64,000 nucleotides of DNA from Escherichia coli (GTDB lineage: Bacteria; Pseudomonadota; Gammaproteobacteria; Enterobacterales; Enterobacteriaceae): NCBI RefSeq assembly GCF_009931435.1, contig NZ_CP043414.1; one strand, given 5' to 3'. Every line of letters begins with the position of its first letter. The stretch's first letter is position 1. The notes under the pieces were generated by a model. It saw nothing but the letters and a program-made list of their open reading frames with translations, made no database searches and was not told where the DNA came from. A program made the position numbers and the translations under genes. Of this stretch, positions 45,125-56,552 are shown piece by piece.

Positions 45125-45835
45125 ATGGCGACAGGAAAGTCCTGCTCTCGCTGGTTTGCGCCTCTTGCGGCGTTATTAATGGTAGTTAGCCTGAGTGGGT
45201 GTTTTGATAAAGAAGGCGATCAGCGTAAAGCGTTTATCGACTTCCTGCAGAATACAGTGATGCGTAGCGGTGAACGTCTACCAACCCTGACTGCCGATCA
45301 GAAAAAACAGTTTGGTCCTTTTGTCTCTGATTACGCGATTCTGTATGGTTATTCTCAGCAGGTGAATCAGGCGATGGATTCCGGTCTGCGCCCGGTTGTA
45401 GACAGCGTTAACGCAATTCGCGTACCGCAGGATTACGTTACGCAAAGCGGCCCATTGCGTGAAATGAACGGTTCTCTGGGTGTGCTGGCGCAACAGCTGC
45501 AAAATGCGAAGTTGCAGGCCGATGCTGCGCACTCTGCGCTAAAACAGAGCGATGACCTGAAACCGGTCTTTGATCAGGCATTCACCAAAGTGGTAACGAC
45601 GCCAGCTGATGCTTTGCAACCGTTGATTCCGGCGGCACAAACTTTCACGCAACAACTGGTGATGGTTGGAGACTACATTGCTCAGCAAGGTACTCAGGTG
45701 AGCTTTGTCGCAAATGGCATCCAGTTCCCGACTTCGCAGCAGGCAAGTGAATATAACAAACTGATTGCGCCATTACCGGCACAGCATCAGGCGTTTAATC
45801 AGGCCTGGACTACAGCAGTTACTGCAACCCAATAA
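45125..45835 (+). CDS. yiaF: DUF3053-family lipoprotein
   Basis: 236-aa product from ATG at 45125 with AAAGGAG SD; lipobox LSGC. Confidence 0.85.
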   Translation: MATGKSCSRWFAPLAALLMVVSLSGCFDKEGDQRKAFIDFLQNTVMRSGERLPTLTADQKKQFGPFVSDYAILYGYSQQVNQAMDSGLRPVVDSVNAIRVPQDYVTQSGPLREMNGSLGVLAQQLQNAKLQADAAHSALKQSDDLKPVFDQAFTKVVTTPADALQPLIPAAQTFTQQLVMVGDYIAQQGTQVSFVANGIQFPTSQQASEYNKLIAPLPAQHQAFNQAWTTAVTATQ

Positions 45836-45884
45836 AGAGTAAAAGCCCGGGCGATTATCGGGCTTTACTCCACGCAGTCGCGGC

Positions 45885-46859
45885 TTAGTCCGCGACGTGC
45901 GGATTTACACAGTTCTTCTCAACCTTTCCTTGTAACGCATCAATCAAGTTATCCACGGCGCAGGCGGCCATGCCATAACGCGTCTCATGGGTGGCAGAAC
46001 CAATATGCGGTACGGCGACGACGTTGGCCATTGAGAGCAACGGCGAATCTACGGACAGTGGCTCTTGTTCGAAGACATCCAGCCCGGCGGCGTGAATTTC
46101 CCCTTTCTGCAATGCAGCAATCAGTGCATTTTCATCAACCACCGGGCCACGTCCGGCATTAATGAAAATGGCGGAGGATTTCATTTTGGCGAATTGTTCT
46201 GCGCCAAACAGATGATGCGTCTCATCCGTTAACGGCAGGATCAGGCAAACGAAATCTGACTCTTGTAACAGAGTATCCAAATCGCAGTAGCGGGCGTTGA
46301 AGCGTTCTTCTGCTTCTTTATGGTGGCGACGCGCGTTATAGAGGATGGGCATGTTGAAGCCAAGGTGCGCACGTTGTGCCAGCGCCATGCCGATCCGTCC
46401 CATCCCGACAATGCCCAGTGTTTTATGGTGAACGTCAGTGCCGTACCAGTCCGGGCCTATGCTCGCGGTCCATTCGCCTGCTTTTACCCGTTCTGCTACC
46501 TCCACAACCCGACGAGCGGTAGACAACACCAGCGCCATCAGCGTATCGGCGACGGTTTCTGTTAATACGGTTGGTGTGTGCATCAGCAGAATTTTTCGGG
46601 CGGTAAGCGCATCGACATCAAAATTGTCATAGCCGACGGAGATCGTTGATGTGGCACGCAGTTTCGGCATTTTTTCCAGCAATGCGGCATCAACATTCTC
46701 GTTTGAACCCAGTAAACCTTCAGCTTCGGCAAAAATTGCTGCATTTTGTTCGATGGTTTGTGGGCTGAGGTTTGCCACCTGATGAACGGTGAAATGCTCT
46801 TGCAGGCGTTGCAGTAAATCATCAGGTAAGGCTTTGTAGAGGATAACGGACGGCTTCAT
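45885..46859 (-). CDS. ghrB: Glyoxylate/hydroxypyruvate reductase B (2-ketoaldonate reductase)
   Basis: 324-aa product; D-isomer-specific 2-hydroxyacid dehydrogenase family with NAD-binding GxGxxG (GIVGMGRIG). Confidence 0.9.
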   Translation of the reverse strand: MKPSVILYKALPDDLLQRLQEHFTVHQVANLSPQTIEQNAAIFAEAEGLLGSNENVDAALLEKMPKLRATSTISVGYDNFDVDALTARKILLMHTPTVLTETVADTLMALVLSTARRVVEVAERVKAGEWTASIGPDWYGTDVHHKTLGIVGMGRIGMALAQRAHLGFNMPILYNARRHHKEAEERFNARYCDLDTLLQESDFVCLILPLTDETHHLFGAEQFAKMKSSAIFINAGRGPVVDENALIAALQKGEIHAAGLDVFEQEPLSVDSPLLSMANVVAVPHIGSATHETRYGMAACAVDNLIDALQGKVEKNCVNPHVAD

Positions 46860-46962
46860 TCTTCTCTCCATTCACTGATAAGGCGATCACCTTAGCCTGA
46901 AATATGATGAAGGAAAACTGAAGAATGCCAGGTGATTTTTGCATCACCTGGCATGAAAGGGA

Positions 46963-47622
46963 TTACAGCGGGCTTAAGGTAATTTCTACACGGCGGTTTT
47001 GCGCCTTACCTTCTGCGGTGCTGTTGCTGGCGATTGGGTTAGCCGGGCCAAGGCCCTGAGTACGGATGCGGCTGGCGTCCACGCCCTGGGTGATCAACGC
47101 GCTGGCAACGGAATCCGCACGCTGCTGGGAGAGACGCATGTTCAGGTCGTGACCACCCGTGCTGTCGGTATAACCAATCACGTTAACCGCCGTTTTCGGA
47201 TACTCTTTCAGCACCATTGCCACGCCGGTTAGGGTGTTAGCGCCTGCCGGTTTCAGGGTCGCGCTGCTGCTGTCGAAGGTTACATTGTTCGGCATATTGA
47301 GGATAATGTTATCCCCGCTGCGGGTTACGCTAACACCAGTGCCGCGCATTTTGTCACGCAGCTTCGCTTCCTGCACATCCATGTAATAACCAACGCCGCC
47401 GCCCAGAGCTGCGCCTGCTGCTGCACCAATCAGCGCGCCTTTACCGCGATCTTTCTTCGAAGAAGAGAGCGCACCAATACCCGCGCCAACGAGAGAGCCC
47501 AGACCTGCACCGATAGCAGATTTACCTGCTTCGCGTTCACCTGTGTAAGGGTTAGTGGTGCAGCCAGATACCGCCAGAGCGCCACTCACTACGGCGGCAA
47601 TAAGATAAACACGTTTCTTCAT
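46963..47622 (-). CDS. yiaD: OmpA-family outer membrane lipoprotein
   Basis: 219-aa ORF; lipobox (SGC), Gly-rich region, C-terminal OmpA-like peptidoglycan-binding domain. Confidence 0.88.
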   Translation of the reverse strand: MKKRVYLIAAVVSGALAVSGCTTNPYTGEREAGKSAIGAGLGSLVGAGIGALSSSKKDRGKGALIGAAAGAALGGGVGYYMDVQEAKLRDKMRGTGVSVTRSGDNIILNMPNNVTFDSSSATLKPAGANTLTGVAMVLKEYPKTAVNVIGYTDSTGGHDLNMRLSQQRADSVASALITQGVDASRIRTQGLGPANPIASNSTAEGKAQNRRVEITLSPL

Positions 47623-47774
47623 TGTTAATCCTTAATAACCTTTTTATTCTTTGCCACGGGTTCCGTGGCGGGAGATTATGCCGCGTGAACATGAAGATTA
47701 TTCCTGGGAATACTCGGAAATTTGTAAGTAATATTTAACTGCTCAATACATCTAACCTTTCAGGAGCCTTCGGT

Positions 47775-50108
47775 TTGGCCAACTCATCCTCACGATATTC
47801 CGTTCTGACTGCCGCCCACTGGGGGCCCATGCTGGTTGAAACCGACGGCGAAACCGTGCTTAGCTCGCGTGGCGCGTTAGCCACAGGAATGGAAAACTCC
47901 TTGCAGAGCGCGGTTCGCGACCAGGTTCACAGTAATACGCGGGTACGATTTCCAATGGTGCGCAAAGGCTTTCTTGCGTCACCGGAAAACCCGCAAGGCA
48001 TTCGTGGGCAGGATGAATTTGTTCGCGTGAGTTGGGATGAGGCGCTGGATCTCATCCATCATCAACATAAACGCATTCGTGAGGCTTATGGTCCGGCGTC
48101 GATTTTTGCGGGTTCCTACGGCTGGCGTTCAAACGGCGTACTGCATAAGGCCTCGACATTATTGCAACGTTATATGGCACTGGCAGGCGGTTATACCGGG
48201 CATCTGGGGGATTATTCGACCGGCGCGGCACAGGCGATCATGCCGTATGTCGTGGGGGGCAGCGAAGTTTATCAACAGCAGACCAGTTGGCCGCTGGTGC
48301 TGGAACATAGCGATGTCGTGGTGTTGTGGAGCGCTAACCCACTCAATACGCTGAAAATTGCGTGGAATGCATCCGATGAGCAGGGGCTTTCTTACTTTTC
48401 CGCACTGCGTGACAGCGGGAAAAAGCTGATCTGCATTGATCCAATGCGATCGGAAACCGTCGATTTCTTTGGCGATAAAATGGAGTGGGTGGCACCGCAC
48501 ATGGGCACCGATGTTGCGCTGATGCTGGGGATCGCCCATACGCTGGTGGAAAATGGCTGGCACGACGAAGCGTTTCTGGCGCGTTGCACCACAGGTTATG
48601 ACGTCTTCGCCTCTTATTTGCTGGGCGAGAGTGACGGAATAGCGAAAAATGCCGAATGGGCGGCAGAGATTTGTGGGATTAACGCAGAGAAAATCCGCGA
48701 ACTGGCGGCTATTTTTCATCAAAATACCACCATGCTGATGGCTGGCTGGGGAATGCAGCGCCAGCAGTTTGGTGAGCAAAAACACTGGATGATCGTCACC
48801 CTGGCAGCAATGTTAGGGCAAATCGGCACGCCTGGCGGGGGCTTTGGTCTTTCTTACCATTTTGCCAATGGTGGTAACCCTACGCGCCGCGCTGCGGTGC
48901 TTTCATCTATGCAGGGCAGCTTGCCAGGTGGCACCGATGCGGTAGATAAAATCCCCGTAGCCCGTATTGTTGAAGCTCTGGAAAACCCTGGCGGTGCATA
49001 CCAACACAATGGCATGAACCGTCACTTCCCGGATATTCGTTTTATCTGGTGGGCGGGCGGCGCCAACTTTACTCATCATCAGGATACCAATCGCCTGATT
49101 CGTGCCTGGCAAAAACCGGAGCTGGTGGTGATCTCCGAATGCTTCTGGACGGCAGCGGCGAAACACGCCGATATCGTCCTCCCTGCAACCACCTCGTTTG
49201 AGCGTAATGACCTCACCATGACCGGCGATTACAGTAATCAGCATCTGGTGCCGATGAAGCAAGTGGTGCCTCCACGTTATGAAGCGCGTAATGATTTTGA
49301 TGTCTTTGCCGAGTTGAGTGAACGTTGGGAGAAGGGCGGCTATGCGCGGTTTACGGAAGGAAAAAGTGAGCTGCAATGGCTGGAAACGTTTTATAACGTT
49401 GCACGGCAGCGCGGGGCAAGCCAGCAGGTTGAATTGCCGCCATTTGCTGAGTTCTGGGAAGCCAACCAGTTAATTGAGATGCCGGAAAACCCGGACAGCG
49501 AGCGGTTTATTCGCTTCGCCGATTTTCGCCGCGATCCGCAGGCGCATCCATTAAAAACCGCCAGCGGCAAGATTGAAATCTTCTCGCAGCGTATTGCCGA
49601 TTACGCTTATCCGGATTGCCCTGGGCATCCAATGTGGCTGGAGCCGGACGAATGGCAGGGCAATGCCGAACCGGAACAGTTGCAGGTACTTTCTGCTCAT
49701 CCGGCACATCGTCTGCACAGCCAGCTGAATTACAGTTCTCTGCGCGAATTGTACGCGGTGGCAAATCGTGAGCCTGTCACCATTCATCCTGACGATGCCC
49801 AGGCGCGCGGCATACAAGATGGCGATATTGTTCGGTTGTGGAACGCACGCGGGCAAATTCTTGCCGGAGCGGTCATTAGCGAGGGAATTAAACCTGGCGT
49901 GATTTGCATTCATGAAGGGGCATGGCCGGATCTGGATTTAACCGCTGACGGTATTTGTAAAAACGGCGCGGTGAACGTTCTGACCAAAGATCTCCCCAGC
50001 TCGCGGCTGGGGAATGGCTGTGCGGGTAATACGGCGCTGGCATGGCTGGAAAAATACAACGGTCCGGAACTGACACTTACAGCGTTTGAACCACCGGCCA
50101 GCTCATAA
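47775..50108 (+). CDS. bisC: Biotin sulfoxide reductase (molybdopterin oxidoreductase)
   Basis: 777-aa ORF apparently initiating at TTG (47775) with CAGGAG SD 8 nt upstream. Confidence 0.88.
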   Translation: MANSSSRYSVLTAAHWGPMLVETDGETVLSSRGALATGMENSLQSAVRDQVHSNTRVRFPMVRKGFLASPENPQGIRGQDEFVRVSWDEALDLIHHQHKRIREAYGPASIFAGSYGWRSNGVLHKASTLLQRYMALAGGYTGHLGDYSTGAAQAIMPYVVGGSEVYQQQTSWPLVLEHSDVVVLWSANPLNTLKIAWNASDEQGLSYFSALRDSGKKLICIDPMRSETVDFFGDKMEWVAPHMGTDVALMLGIAHTLVENGWHDEAFLARCTTGYDVFASYLLGESDGIAKNAEWAAEICGINAEKIRELAAIFHQNTTMLMAGWGMQRQQFGEQKHWMIVTLAAMLGQIGTPGGGFGLSYHFANGGNPTRRAAVLSSMQGSLPGGTDAVDKIPVARIVEALENPGGAYQHNGMNRHFPDIRFIWWAGGANFTHHQDTNRLIRAWQKPELVVISECFWTAAAKHADIVLPATTSFERNDLTMTGDYSNQHLVPMKQVVPPRYEARNDFDVFAELSERWEKGGYARFTEGKSELQWLETFYNVARQRGASQQVELPPFAEFWEANQLIEMPENPDSERFIRFADFRRDPQAHPLKTASGKIEIFSQRIADYAYPDCPGHPMWLEPDEWQGNAEPEQLQVLSAHPAHRLHSQLNYSSLRELYAVANREPVTIHPDDAQARGIQDGDIVRLWNARGQILAGAVISEGIKPGVICIHEGAWPDLDLTADGICKNGAVNVLTKDLPSSRLGNGCAGNTALAWLEKYNGPELTLTAFEPPASS

Positions 50109-50517
50109 TCCAGGTGGGTAGTTGGGTTTCATCCTGCCATGCGCAGTCGACAATGTGAAAACCCTGCGCATGGTAAAAATCTATCGCCGGTTGATTTTTT
50201 TGATAAACCTCCAGCATCAGATGGGGATGGCGCTGCTGCACATACTGCATTAGCGCCTTACCAATACCGCGTCTGACGGCCTTCGGTGCGACAAACATTG
50301 CAGCCAGAAATCGGCCTTCCATAATGCTGACAAAACCGAGAAGCTTACCGTCTTCTTCCCAGACCCAGTTTTGCGCGTTGGCAAGATAGGCATCCCGCAC
50401 CAGCGGAATGCAATCACGCCAGTAACTTGCTTTTATAAAGGGATGCCCCCAGGTTGTACTTTCCAGCCACAATTCGAGGATCGCGGGGAGTTCTGAACGT
50501 TGCGCTTCCCGAATCAT
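50077..50517 (-). CDS. yiaC: GNAT-family N-acetyltransferase
   Basis: 146-aa ORF; overlaps bisC 3' end (convergent) and the tag stop. Confidence 0.85.
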   Translation of the reverse strand: MIREAQRSELPAILELWLESTTWGHPFIKASYWRDCIPLVRDAYLANAQNWVWEEDGKLLGFVSIMEGRFLAAMFVAPKAVRRGIGKALMQYVQQRHPHLMLEVYQKNQPAIDFYHAQGFHIVDCAWQDETQLPTWIMSWPVVQTL

Positions 50518-51077
50518 TCTTTATTTCCCGGATAGCAACAGCAGCCAACCACATGATCATTCACCAGCCCACATGCCTGCATAAAGGAGTAACAGATTGT
50601 GGTACCAACAAACTTAAAACCACGCTTTTTCAGGGCTTTAGATAGAGCGTCGGAGGCGGGCGTAGATGTAGGGATTTCGCTCAACGTTGTGGCTTGTGTC
50701 ACCTGTGGTTGATGATTGACAAACGACCAGACAAAGTCGGCAAACGGTTCGCCGTTCTGTTCCATTTGCAGGTACGCCCGCGCATTACCAATAATTGCCT
50801 GAATTTTCCCGCGATGGCGGATAATCCCGGCGTCCTGTACCAGTCTTTCGACATCCTCTTCCTGCATTGCAGCCACCTTCACCGGATCGAACTGATGAAA
50901 GCTGGCGCGATAGTTTTCGCGTTTTTTGAGGACGGTGATCCACGATAACCCTGCTTGTTGCCCTTCAAGGCAGATCATTTCGAACAGTTTTTTACTGTCA
51001 GTTTCAGGCACGCCCCACTCATTATCATGGTAGGCAATATAAAGCGGGTCCTGACTCACCCAGCCGCAACGTTCCAT
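50514..51077 (-). CDS. tag: DNA-3-methyladenine glycosylase I
   Basis: 187-aa product from internal ATG (MERCGWVSQDPLYIAYHDNEWGVP...); zinc-binding Cys/His C-terminus. Confidence 0.9.
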   Translation of the reverse strand: MERCGWVSQDPLYIAYHDNEWGVPETDSKKLFEMICLEGQQAGLSWITVLKKRENYRASFHQFDPVKVAAMQEEDVERLVQDAGIIRHRGKIQAIIGNARAYLQMEQNGEPFADFVWSFVNHQPQVTQATTLSEIPTSTPASDALSKALKKRGFKFVGTTICYSFMQACGLVNDHVVGCCCYPGNKE

Positions 51078-51228
51078 ACTTTCCCTCGCTATGTACCCGA
51101 TCGTAAAAATTTCAGCCGCTTTTCTTGACGCATCGGTGAAAAAGTCAATATTTAATACAGGGCTACTATGCCCGATATCCTTCATACAATGACAATAATA
51201 TTGCCGAATTCGGCTCTTCCCTGGAGTC

Positions 51229-51933
51229 GTGTTAATGATCATAAAAAAAAGCGGTGGTCGCTGGCAGTTAAGCCTGCTGGCGAGCGTGGTAATCAGTGCC
51301 TTTTTTCTCAACACAGCTTACGCCTGGCAACAAGAATATATCGTTGATACGCAACCCGGACATTCCACAGAGCGCTACACCTGGGATAGCGATCATCAAC
51401 CTGATTACAACGATATTCTGTCGCAACGTATTCAAAGTAGCCAAAGGGCGCTGGGACTGGAAGTCAATCTGGCGGAAGAAACCCCTGTGGATGTGACCAG
51501 CAGTATGAGTATGGGCTGGAATTTTCCTTTATATGAACAGGTTACAACCGGTCCGGTCGCGGCATTACATTACGATGGTACAACCACCTCGATGTATAAC
51601 GAGTTTGGCGACAGTACTACTACACTGACTGATCCGTTATGGCATGCCAGTGTGAGTACCTTAGGCTGGCGTGTTGACTCCCGGCTTGGCGATCTCCGAC
51701 CCTGGGCGCAAATCAGCTATAACCAGCAATTTGGCGAGAATATCTGGAAGGCGCAATCAGGCTTAAGCCGGATGACGGCGACAAACCAGAACGGCAACTG
51801 GCTGGATGTCACGGTAGGTGCTGATATGTTGCTCAATCAAAATATTGCCGCCTACGCTGCGTTATCTCAGGCAGAAAATACCACGAACAATAATGACTAT
51901 CTGTATACGATGGGGGTTAGCGCCAGATTTTAA
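51229..51933 (+). CDS. yhjY: Outer-membrane beta-barrel protein (autotransporter beta-domain-like)
   Basis: 234-aa ORF with signal peptide and C-terminal F (GVSARF). Confidence 0.8.
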   Translation: MLMIIKKSGGRWQLSLLASVVISAFFLNTAYAWQQEYIVDTQPGHSTERYTWDSDHQPDYNDILSQRIQSSQRALGLEVNLAEETPVDVTSSMSMGWNFPLYEQVTTGPVAALHYDGTTTSMYNEFGDSTTTLTDPLWHASVSTLGWRVDSRLGDLRPWAQISYNQQFGENIWKAQSGLSRMTATNQNGNWLDVTVGADMLLNQNIAAYAALSQAENTTNNNDYLYTMGVSARF

Positions 51934-52161
51934 CGTTATAGATACAATTGAAACCCATAAATAACAACTAATGTGGCGATAGTGGGGACTAACTTACTAA
52001 ATAATAAATTTGGTGAATAATTGTCGAGTCATTCATTCCTGAACTAATGCATTTCATTCCGTTCTGATGGCATTTCATGCCGTTTTTCCCCAGGCATAAA
52101 GTGCACTTCGTTATGGTTGTCAGCAGAGATTTTTCCTTTTTATTACTGCAGGAATACTGCC

Positions 52162-53370
52162 ATGACACCTTCAAATTATCAGCGTACTCGCTGGCTGACA
52201 CTCATCGGTACTATCATTACCCAGTTTGCCCTGGGGTCGGTTTATACCTGGAGTCTGTTTAACGGCGCGCTTTCTGCCAAGCTGGGGGCTCCGGTAAGCC
52301 AGGTTGCTTTCTCTTTCGGCTTGTTAAGTCTGGGGCTGGCAATTTCGTCTTCTGTTGCGGGCAAATTGCAAGAACGTTTTGGTGTTAAACGCGTCACTAT
52401 GGCTTCCGGCATTTTGCTGGGATTAGGTTTCTTCCTGACAGCACATTCCAACAACCTGATGATGCTGTGGTTAAGCGCCGGTGTGTTGGTTGGTCTGGCG
52501 GATGGTGCGGGCTACCTGCTGACGCTCTCAAACTGCGTGAAGTGGTTCCCGGAGCGTAAGGGACTCATCTCTGCGTTCGCTATTGGTTCTTATGGACTTG
52601 GTAGTCTGGGTTTCAAATTTATCGATACGCAACTGTTGGAAACGGTCGGTCTGGAAAAAACCTTTGTTATTTGGGGCGCGATTGTACTGGTGATGATTGT
52701 CTTTGGCGCAACATTAATGAAAGATGCGCCGAAGCAGGAAGTGAAAACCAGCAATGGCGTGGTGGAGAAGGATTACACGCTGGCAGAGTCGATGCGTAAA
52801 CCGCAGTACTGGATGTTAGCAGTTATGTTCCTGACCGCCTGCATGAGTGGCCTGTATGTGATTGGCGTGGCGAAAGATATCGCTCAAAGTCTGGCGCATC
52901 TTGATGCAATTTCCGCAGCCAATGCTGTGACGGTTATTTCCATCGCCAACCTTTCTGGTCGTCTGGTGCTGGGCATTCTGTCTGACAAAATCGCCCGTAT
53001 CCGTGTTATCACCATTGGTCAGGTCATTTCGCTGGTGGGCATGGCGGCCCTGCTGTTTGCACCATTGAATGCAGTGACGTTCTTTGCAGCGATTGCCTGC
53101 GTGGCATTTAACTTCGGCGGCACTATCACGGTGTTCCCGTCACTGGTCAGTGAGTTCTTCGGCCTAAATAATCTGGCAAAAAACTACGGTGTGATTTACC
53201 TCGGTTTCGGTATCGGCAGCATTTGTGGTTCGATTATCGCTTCACTGTTTGGCGGATTCTATGTGACTTTCTACGTGATTTTCGCCCTGCTGATTCTGTC
53301 ACTGGCGCTTTCTACGACGATTCGCCAGCCAGAGCAGAAAATGTTGCGTGAGGCGCATGGCTCCCTTTAA
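52162..53370 (+). CDS. yhjX: MFS transporter (oxalate/formate antiporter family; pyruvate-responsive in K-12)
   Basis: 402-aa product from ATG at 52162; 12 TM helices. Confidence 0.85.
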   Translation: MTPSNYQRTRWLTLIGTIITQFALGSVYTWSLFNGALSAKLGAPVSQVAFSFGLLSLGLAISSSVAGKLQERFGVKRVTMASGILLGLGFFLTAHSNNLMMLWLSAGVLVGLADGAGYLLTLSNCVKWFPERKGLISAFAIGSYGLGSLGFKFIDTQLLETVGLEKTFVIWGAIVLVMIVFGATLMKDAPKQEVKTSNGVVEKDYTLAESMRKPQYWMLAVMFLTACMSGLYVIGVAKDIAQSLAHLDAISAANAVTVISIANLSGRLVLGILSDKIARIRVITIGQVISLVGMAALLFAPLNAVTFFAAIACVAFNFGGTITVFPSLVSEFFGLNNLAKNYGVIYLGFGIGSICGSIIASLFGGFYVTFYVIFALLILSLALSTTIRQPEQKMLREAHGSL

Positions 53371-53693
53371 TGACCTGCCGCGAGCTACTGGGCTTTAGCC
53401 TTAGTGTGAATCAAACGCTTCAACGCAATGTATAAACAATGACGCGTAAAATTTGGGCCAGTGAACTGGCCCTTTTTACTGCTTTTTGTAACGCTAAAGT
53501 CTCTTTTCAAACTTGCATTTTTGTAAATTTGTGCTTCATGCACACTCTTTCCCCACACTTTTTCCCTTTGCTGTGGTCTACTTATTCGCGCGTGTAGATT
53601 TTACTTATCTGACTACCTCCGCACTTTTCCCCTGCCGGGCCTGAAAAGCCACTAAGCAGGGTGTTATCACCTGTTTGTCCAGGGTTTGTTTGC

Positions 53694-55385
53694 ATGAGAT
53701 ACATCAAATCGATTACACAGCAGAAGCTGAGCTTTTTGCTTGCAATCTATATTGGCCTTTTTATGAATGGCGCGGTTTTTTACCGCCGCTTCGGCAGCTA
53801 TGCGCACGATTTTACCGTCTGGAAAGGCGTTTCTGCTGTTGTTGAACTGGTCGCTACCGTACTGGTGACCTTCTTTTTACTGCGTCTGCTTTCGCTGTTT
53901 GGCCGCCGCAGCTGGCGAATTCTGGCATCGCTGGTGGTGCTCTTTTCTGCAGGTGCCAGCTATTACATGACTTTCCTTAATGTGGTCATTGGTTATGGCA
54001 TCATCGCATCCGTCATGACCACCGATATCGATCTGTCAAAAGAAGTTGTTGGTCTGAACTTTATTCTCTGGTTAATCGCCGTAAGCGCATTGCCTCTTAT
54101 CCTTATCTGGAATAACCGCTGTCGCTACACCTTGCTCCGACAACTGCGAACCCCAGGGCAACGTATTCGGAGTCTGGCGGTCGTCGTACTGGCGGGTATT
54201 ATGGTTTGGGCACCGATTCGTTTGCTGGATATCCAGCAGAAGAAAGTGGAGAGGGCGACAGGTGTTGATTTGCCGAGTTATGGCGGCGTTGTCGCGAACT
54301 CTTATTTGCCATCAAACTGGCTTTCGGCATTAGGTCTTTATGCCTGGGCGCGGGTCGATGAATCTTCCGATAACAATTCTCTCCTTAACCCTGCGAAGAA
54401 GTTTACGTACCAGGCTCCACAAAACGTTGATGATACATATGTCGTTTTCATTATTGGTGAAACCACGCGCTGGGATCATATGGGCATTTTCGGCTATGAA
54501 CGCAATACCACACCGAAACTGGCTCAGGAGAAAAATCTGGCGGCGTTTCGTGGCTATTCTTGTGACACGGCGACCAAACTTTCTCTGCGTTGCATGTTTG
54601 TGCGTCAGGGTGGAGCAGAAGATAATCCGCAGCGCACATTAAAAGAACAGAACATTTTCGCGGTATTGAAGCAGTTAGGATTCAGTTCTGATCTCTACGC
54701 TATGCAAAGCGAAATGTGGTTCTACAGCAACACGATGGCGGACAATATTGCTTATCGTGAGCAGATTGGTGCGGAACCGCGTAACCGCGGCAAGCCGGTA
54801 GATGATATGTTGCTGGTAGACGAAATGCAGCAATCGCTGGGGCGCAACCCGGATGGTAAGCATCTGATCATTCTGCATACCAAGGGGTCGCACTTTAACT
54901 ACACCCAGCGTTACCCGCGCAGCTTTGCGCAGTGGAAGCCAGAATGTATTGGTGTTGATAGCGGCTGTACCAAAGCGCAGATGATCAACTCCTACGACAA
55001 CTCGGTGACCTATGTGGATCACTTTATTTCCAGCGTGATTGATCAGGTTCGCGATAAGAAAGCGATTGTGTTCTACGCAGCTGACCACGGTGAGTCAATT
55101 AACGAACGCGAGCACCTGCACGGCACACCGCGTGAACTGGCACCGCCGGAGCAGTTCCGCGTACCGATGATGGTCTGGATGTCGGATAAATATCTGGAAA
55201 ATCCAGCCAACGCGCAGGCATTTGCGCAGTTGAAAAAAGAAGCTGATATGAAAGTGCCACGCCGTCACGTAGAGCTGTACGACACCATCATGGGTTGTCT
55301 TGGCTATACTTCACCGGACGGTGGTATTAACGAAAACAACAACTGGTGTCACATCCCGCAGGCGAAAGAGGTCGTGGCTAACTAA
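53694..55385 (+). CDS. eptB: Kdo2-lipid A phosphoethanolamine transferase
   Basis: 563-aa product from ATG at 53694; N-terminal TM domain plus sulfatase-like periplasmic domain. Confidence 0.88.
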   Translation: MRYIKSITQQKLSFLLAIYIGLFMNGAVFYRRFGSYAHDFTVWKGVSAVVELVATVLVTFFLLRLLSLFGRRSWRILASLVVLFSAGASYYMTFLNVVIGYGIIASVMTTDIDLSKEVVGLNFILWLIAVSALPLILIWNNRCRYTLLRQLRTPGQRIRSLAVVVLAGIMVWAPIRLLDIQQKKVERATGVDLPSYGGVVANSYLPSNWLSALGLYAWARVDESSDNNSLLNPAKKFTYQAPQNVDDTYVVFIIGETTRWDHMGIFGYERNTTPKLAQEKNLAAFRGYSCDTATKLSLRCMFVRQGGAEDNPQRTLKEQNIFAVLKQLGFSSDLYAMQSEMWFYSNTMADNIAYREQIGAEPRNRGKPVDDMLLVDEMQQSLGRNPDGKHLIILHTKGSHFNYTQRYPRSFAQWKPECIGVDSGCTKAQMINSYDNSVTYVDHFISSVIDQVRDKKAIVFYAADHGESINEREHLHGTPRELAPPEQFRVPMMVWMSDKYLENPANAQAFAQLKKEADMKVPRRHVELYDTIMGCLGYTSPDGGINENNNWCHIPQAKEVVAN

Positions 55386-55476
55386 GAGGCCTGCTGACTT
55401 TCTCGCCGATCAAAAGGCATTTTGCTATTAAGGGATTGACGAGGGCGTATCTGCGCAGTAAGATGCGCCCCGCATT

Positions 55477-55553
<77 letters not shown>

Positions 55554-55562
55554 AATTCGAAA

Positions 55563-55589
55563 AGCCTGCTCAGCGAGCAGGCTTTTTTG
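55563..55589 (+). terminator. Rho-independent terminator after proK
   Basis: agcctgctc-agc-gagcaggct hairpin followed by a T6 run. Confidence 0.75.
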
Positions 55590-55603
55590 CATTTGAAGCC
55601 CAT

Positions 55604-55889
55604 GAGGATGAGAACCTCCGGGGGCGGGGAGGTTCGACTCGAGCGAAGCGAGAGAACGTTGCGCCAGCAACGGCCCGCAGGGCGAGCCACGAAGTGGCGA
55701 GTAATCCTCTATCACCGACCAATTTAGAAAAACCAGCCTACGGGCTGGTTTTTTGCTTTCTGCGGCCTGAAGAGGATGAGAACTTCCGGGGGCAGGGAGG
55801 TTCGACTCCAGCAAAGCGAGAGAACGCTGCGTCAGCAACGGCCCGCAGGGCGAGCCACGCAGTGGCGAGTAATCCTCTGGCACCGACCA
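55604..55889 (+). repeat. Two tandem 118-nt repeat units (168-nt period), each ending with a copy of the tRNA-Pro 3' end
   Basis: Units 55604-55721 and 55772-55889 are about 92% identical by eye; each ends AGTAATCCTCT(A/G)(T/G)CACCGACCA; second terminator-like hairpin at 55733-55754 between units. Confidence 0.7.
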
Positions 55890-55898
55890 AATCTGAAC

Positions 55899-55985
55899 GT
55901 AGGCCTGATAAGACGCGTTAGCGCCGCATCAGGCAACGGCACCGCACTTATTGTCGGATGCGGCGTGAACGCCTTATCTGACCGA
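55899..55985. repeat. REP/BIME element
   Basis: AGGCCTGATAAGACGCGTTAGCGCCGCATCAGGC ... GGATGCGGCGTGAACGCCTTATC. Confidence 0.6.
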
Positions 55986-56520
55986 CACACCACATATTTC
56001 CCTGCCAAATTTGCGCCCCACATCTCACTATCCATTAACGGATTTGTGACAGAATCCATTGTCTTTTTTTATATTTGCTTAAATCTTTTTTTGCGTTACT
56101 TATGGCTGGCGCTGGCATTTTCCGCTGTGCGTTTTAGCGTTCATGGTATTAATCGCTCAGATATCCATCTTTTCCTCAGATTTTTTTCATTAAATGCATA
56201 AAACTTAATCACCAAATGTTGCTAAATATTAAGCTGATTGTTCTGGTTATGTTGGCGTAGCACAAATTTCTCTGCTGCAAATAGCTGTTTGAAGTTTTTT
56301 TAATCTTTGTTTGCGGATTCTCACCGTTGGTGTAAATCCCGGTTGGCTGTATTGACGTTTTCACATTCTGTTGACAGATTGTAGGTCACGAGGGGCATTT
56401 TATGGAGGATCCGCACTGTTACACTGATGTTAATTAGTACGGCATCCCCACCTCATAACGTTGACCCGACCGGGTAAAAAACAAAAAAGGTCAGGCAGCG
56501 ACAACCCACTGCAAAGGGTT

Positions 56521-56552
56521 AAAACAACAAACATCACAATTGGAGCAGAATA
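56521..56552 (+). promoter_or_regulatory. dppA translation-initiation region with CA-rich element (site of GcvB sRNA repression in characterised enterobacteria)
   Basis: AAAACAACAAACATCACAATTGGAGCAGAATA immediately upstream of the dppA ATG; function assigned from established knowledge. Confidence 0.5.

Noticed and set aside
55604-55889. Possible CRISPR array downstream of proK
   Set aside because: Only two long (118-nt) units separated by a 50-nt spacer containing a terminator hairpin; no short regular repeat-spacer periodicity, no leader and no cas genes in the window
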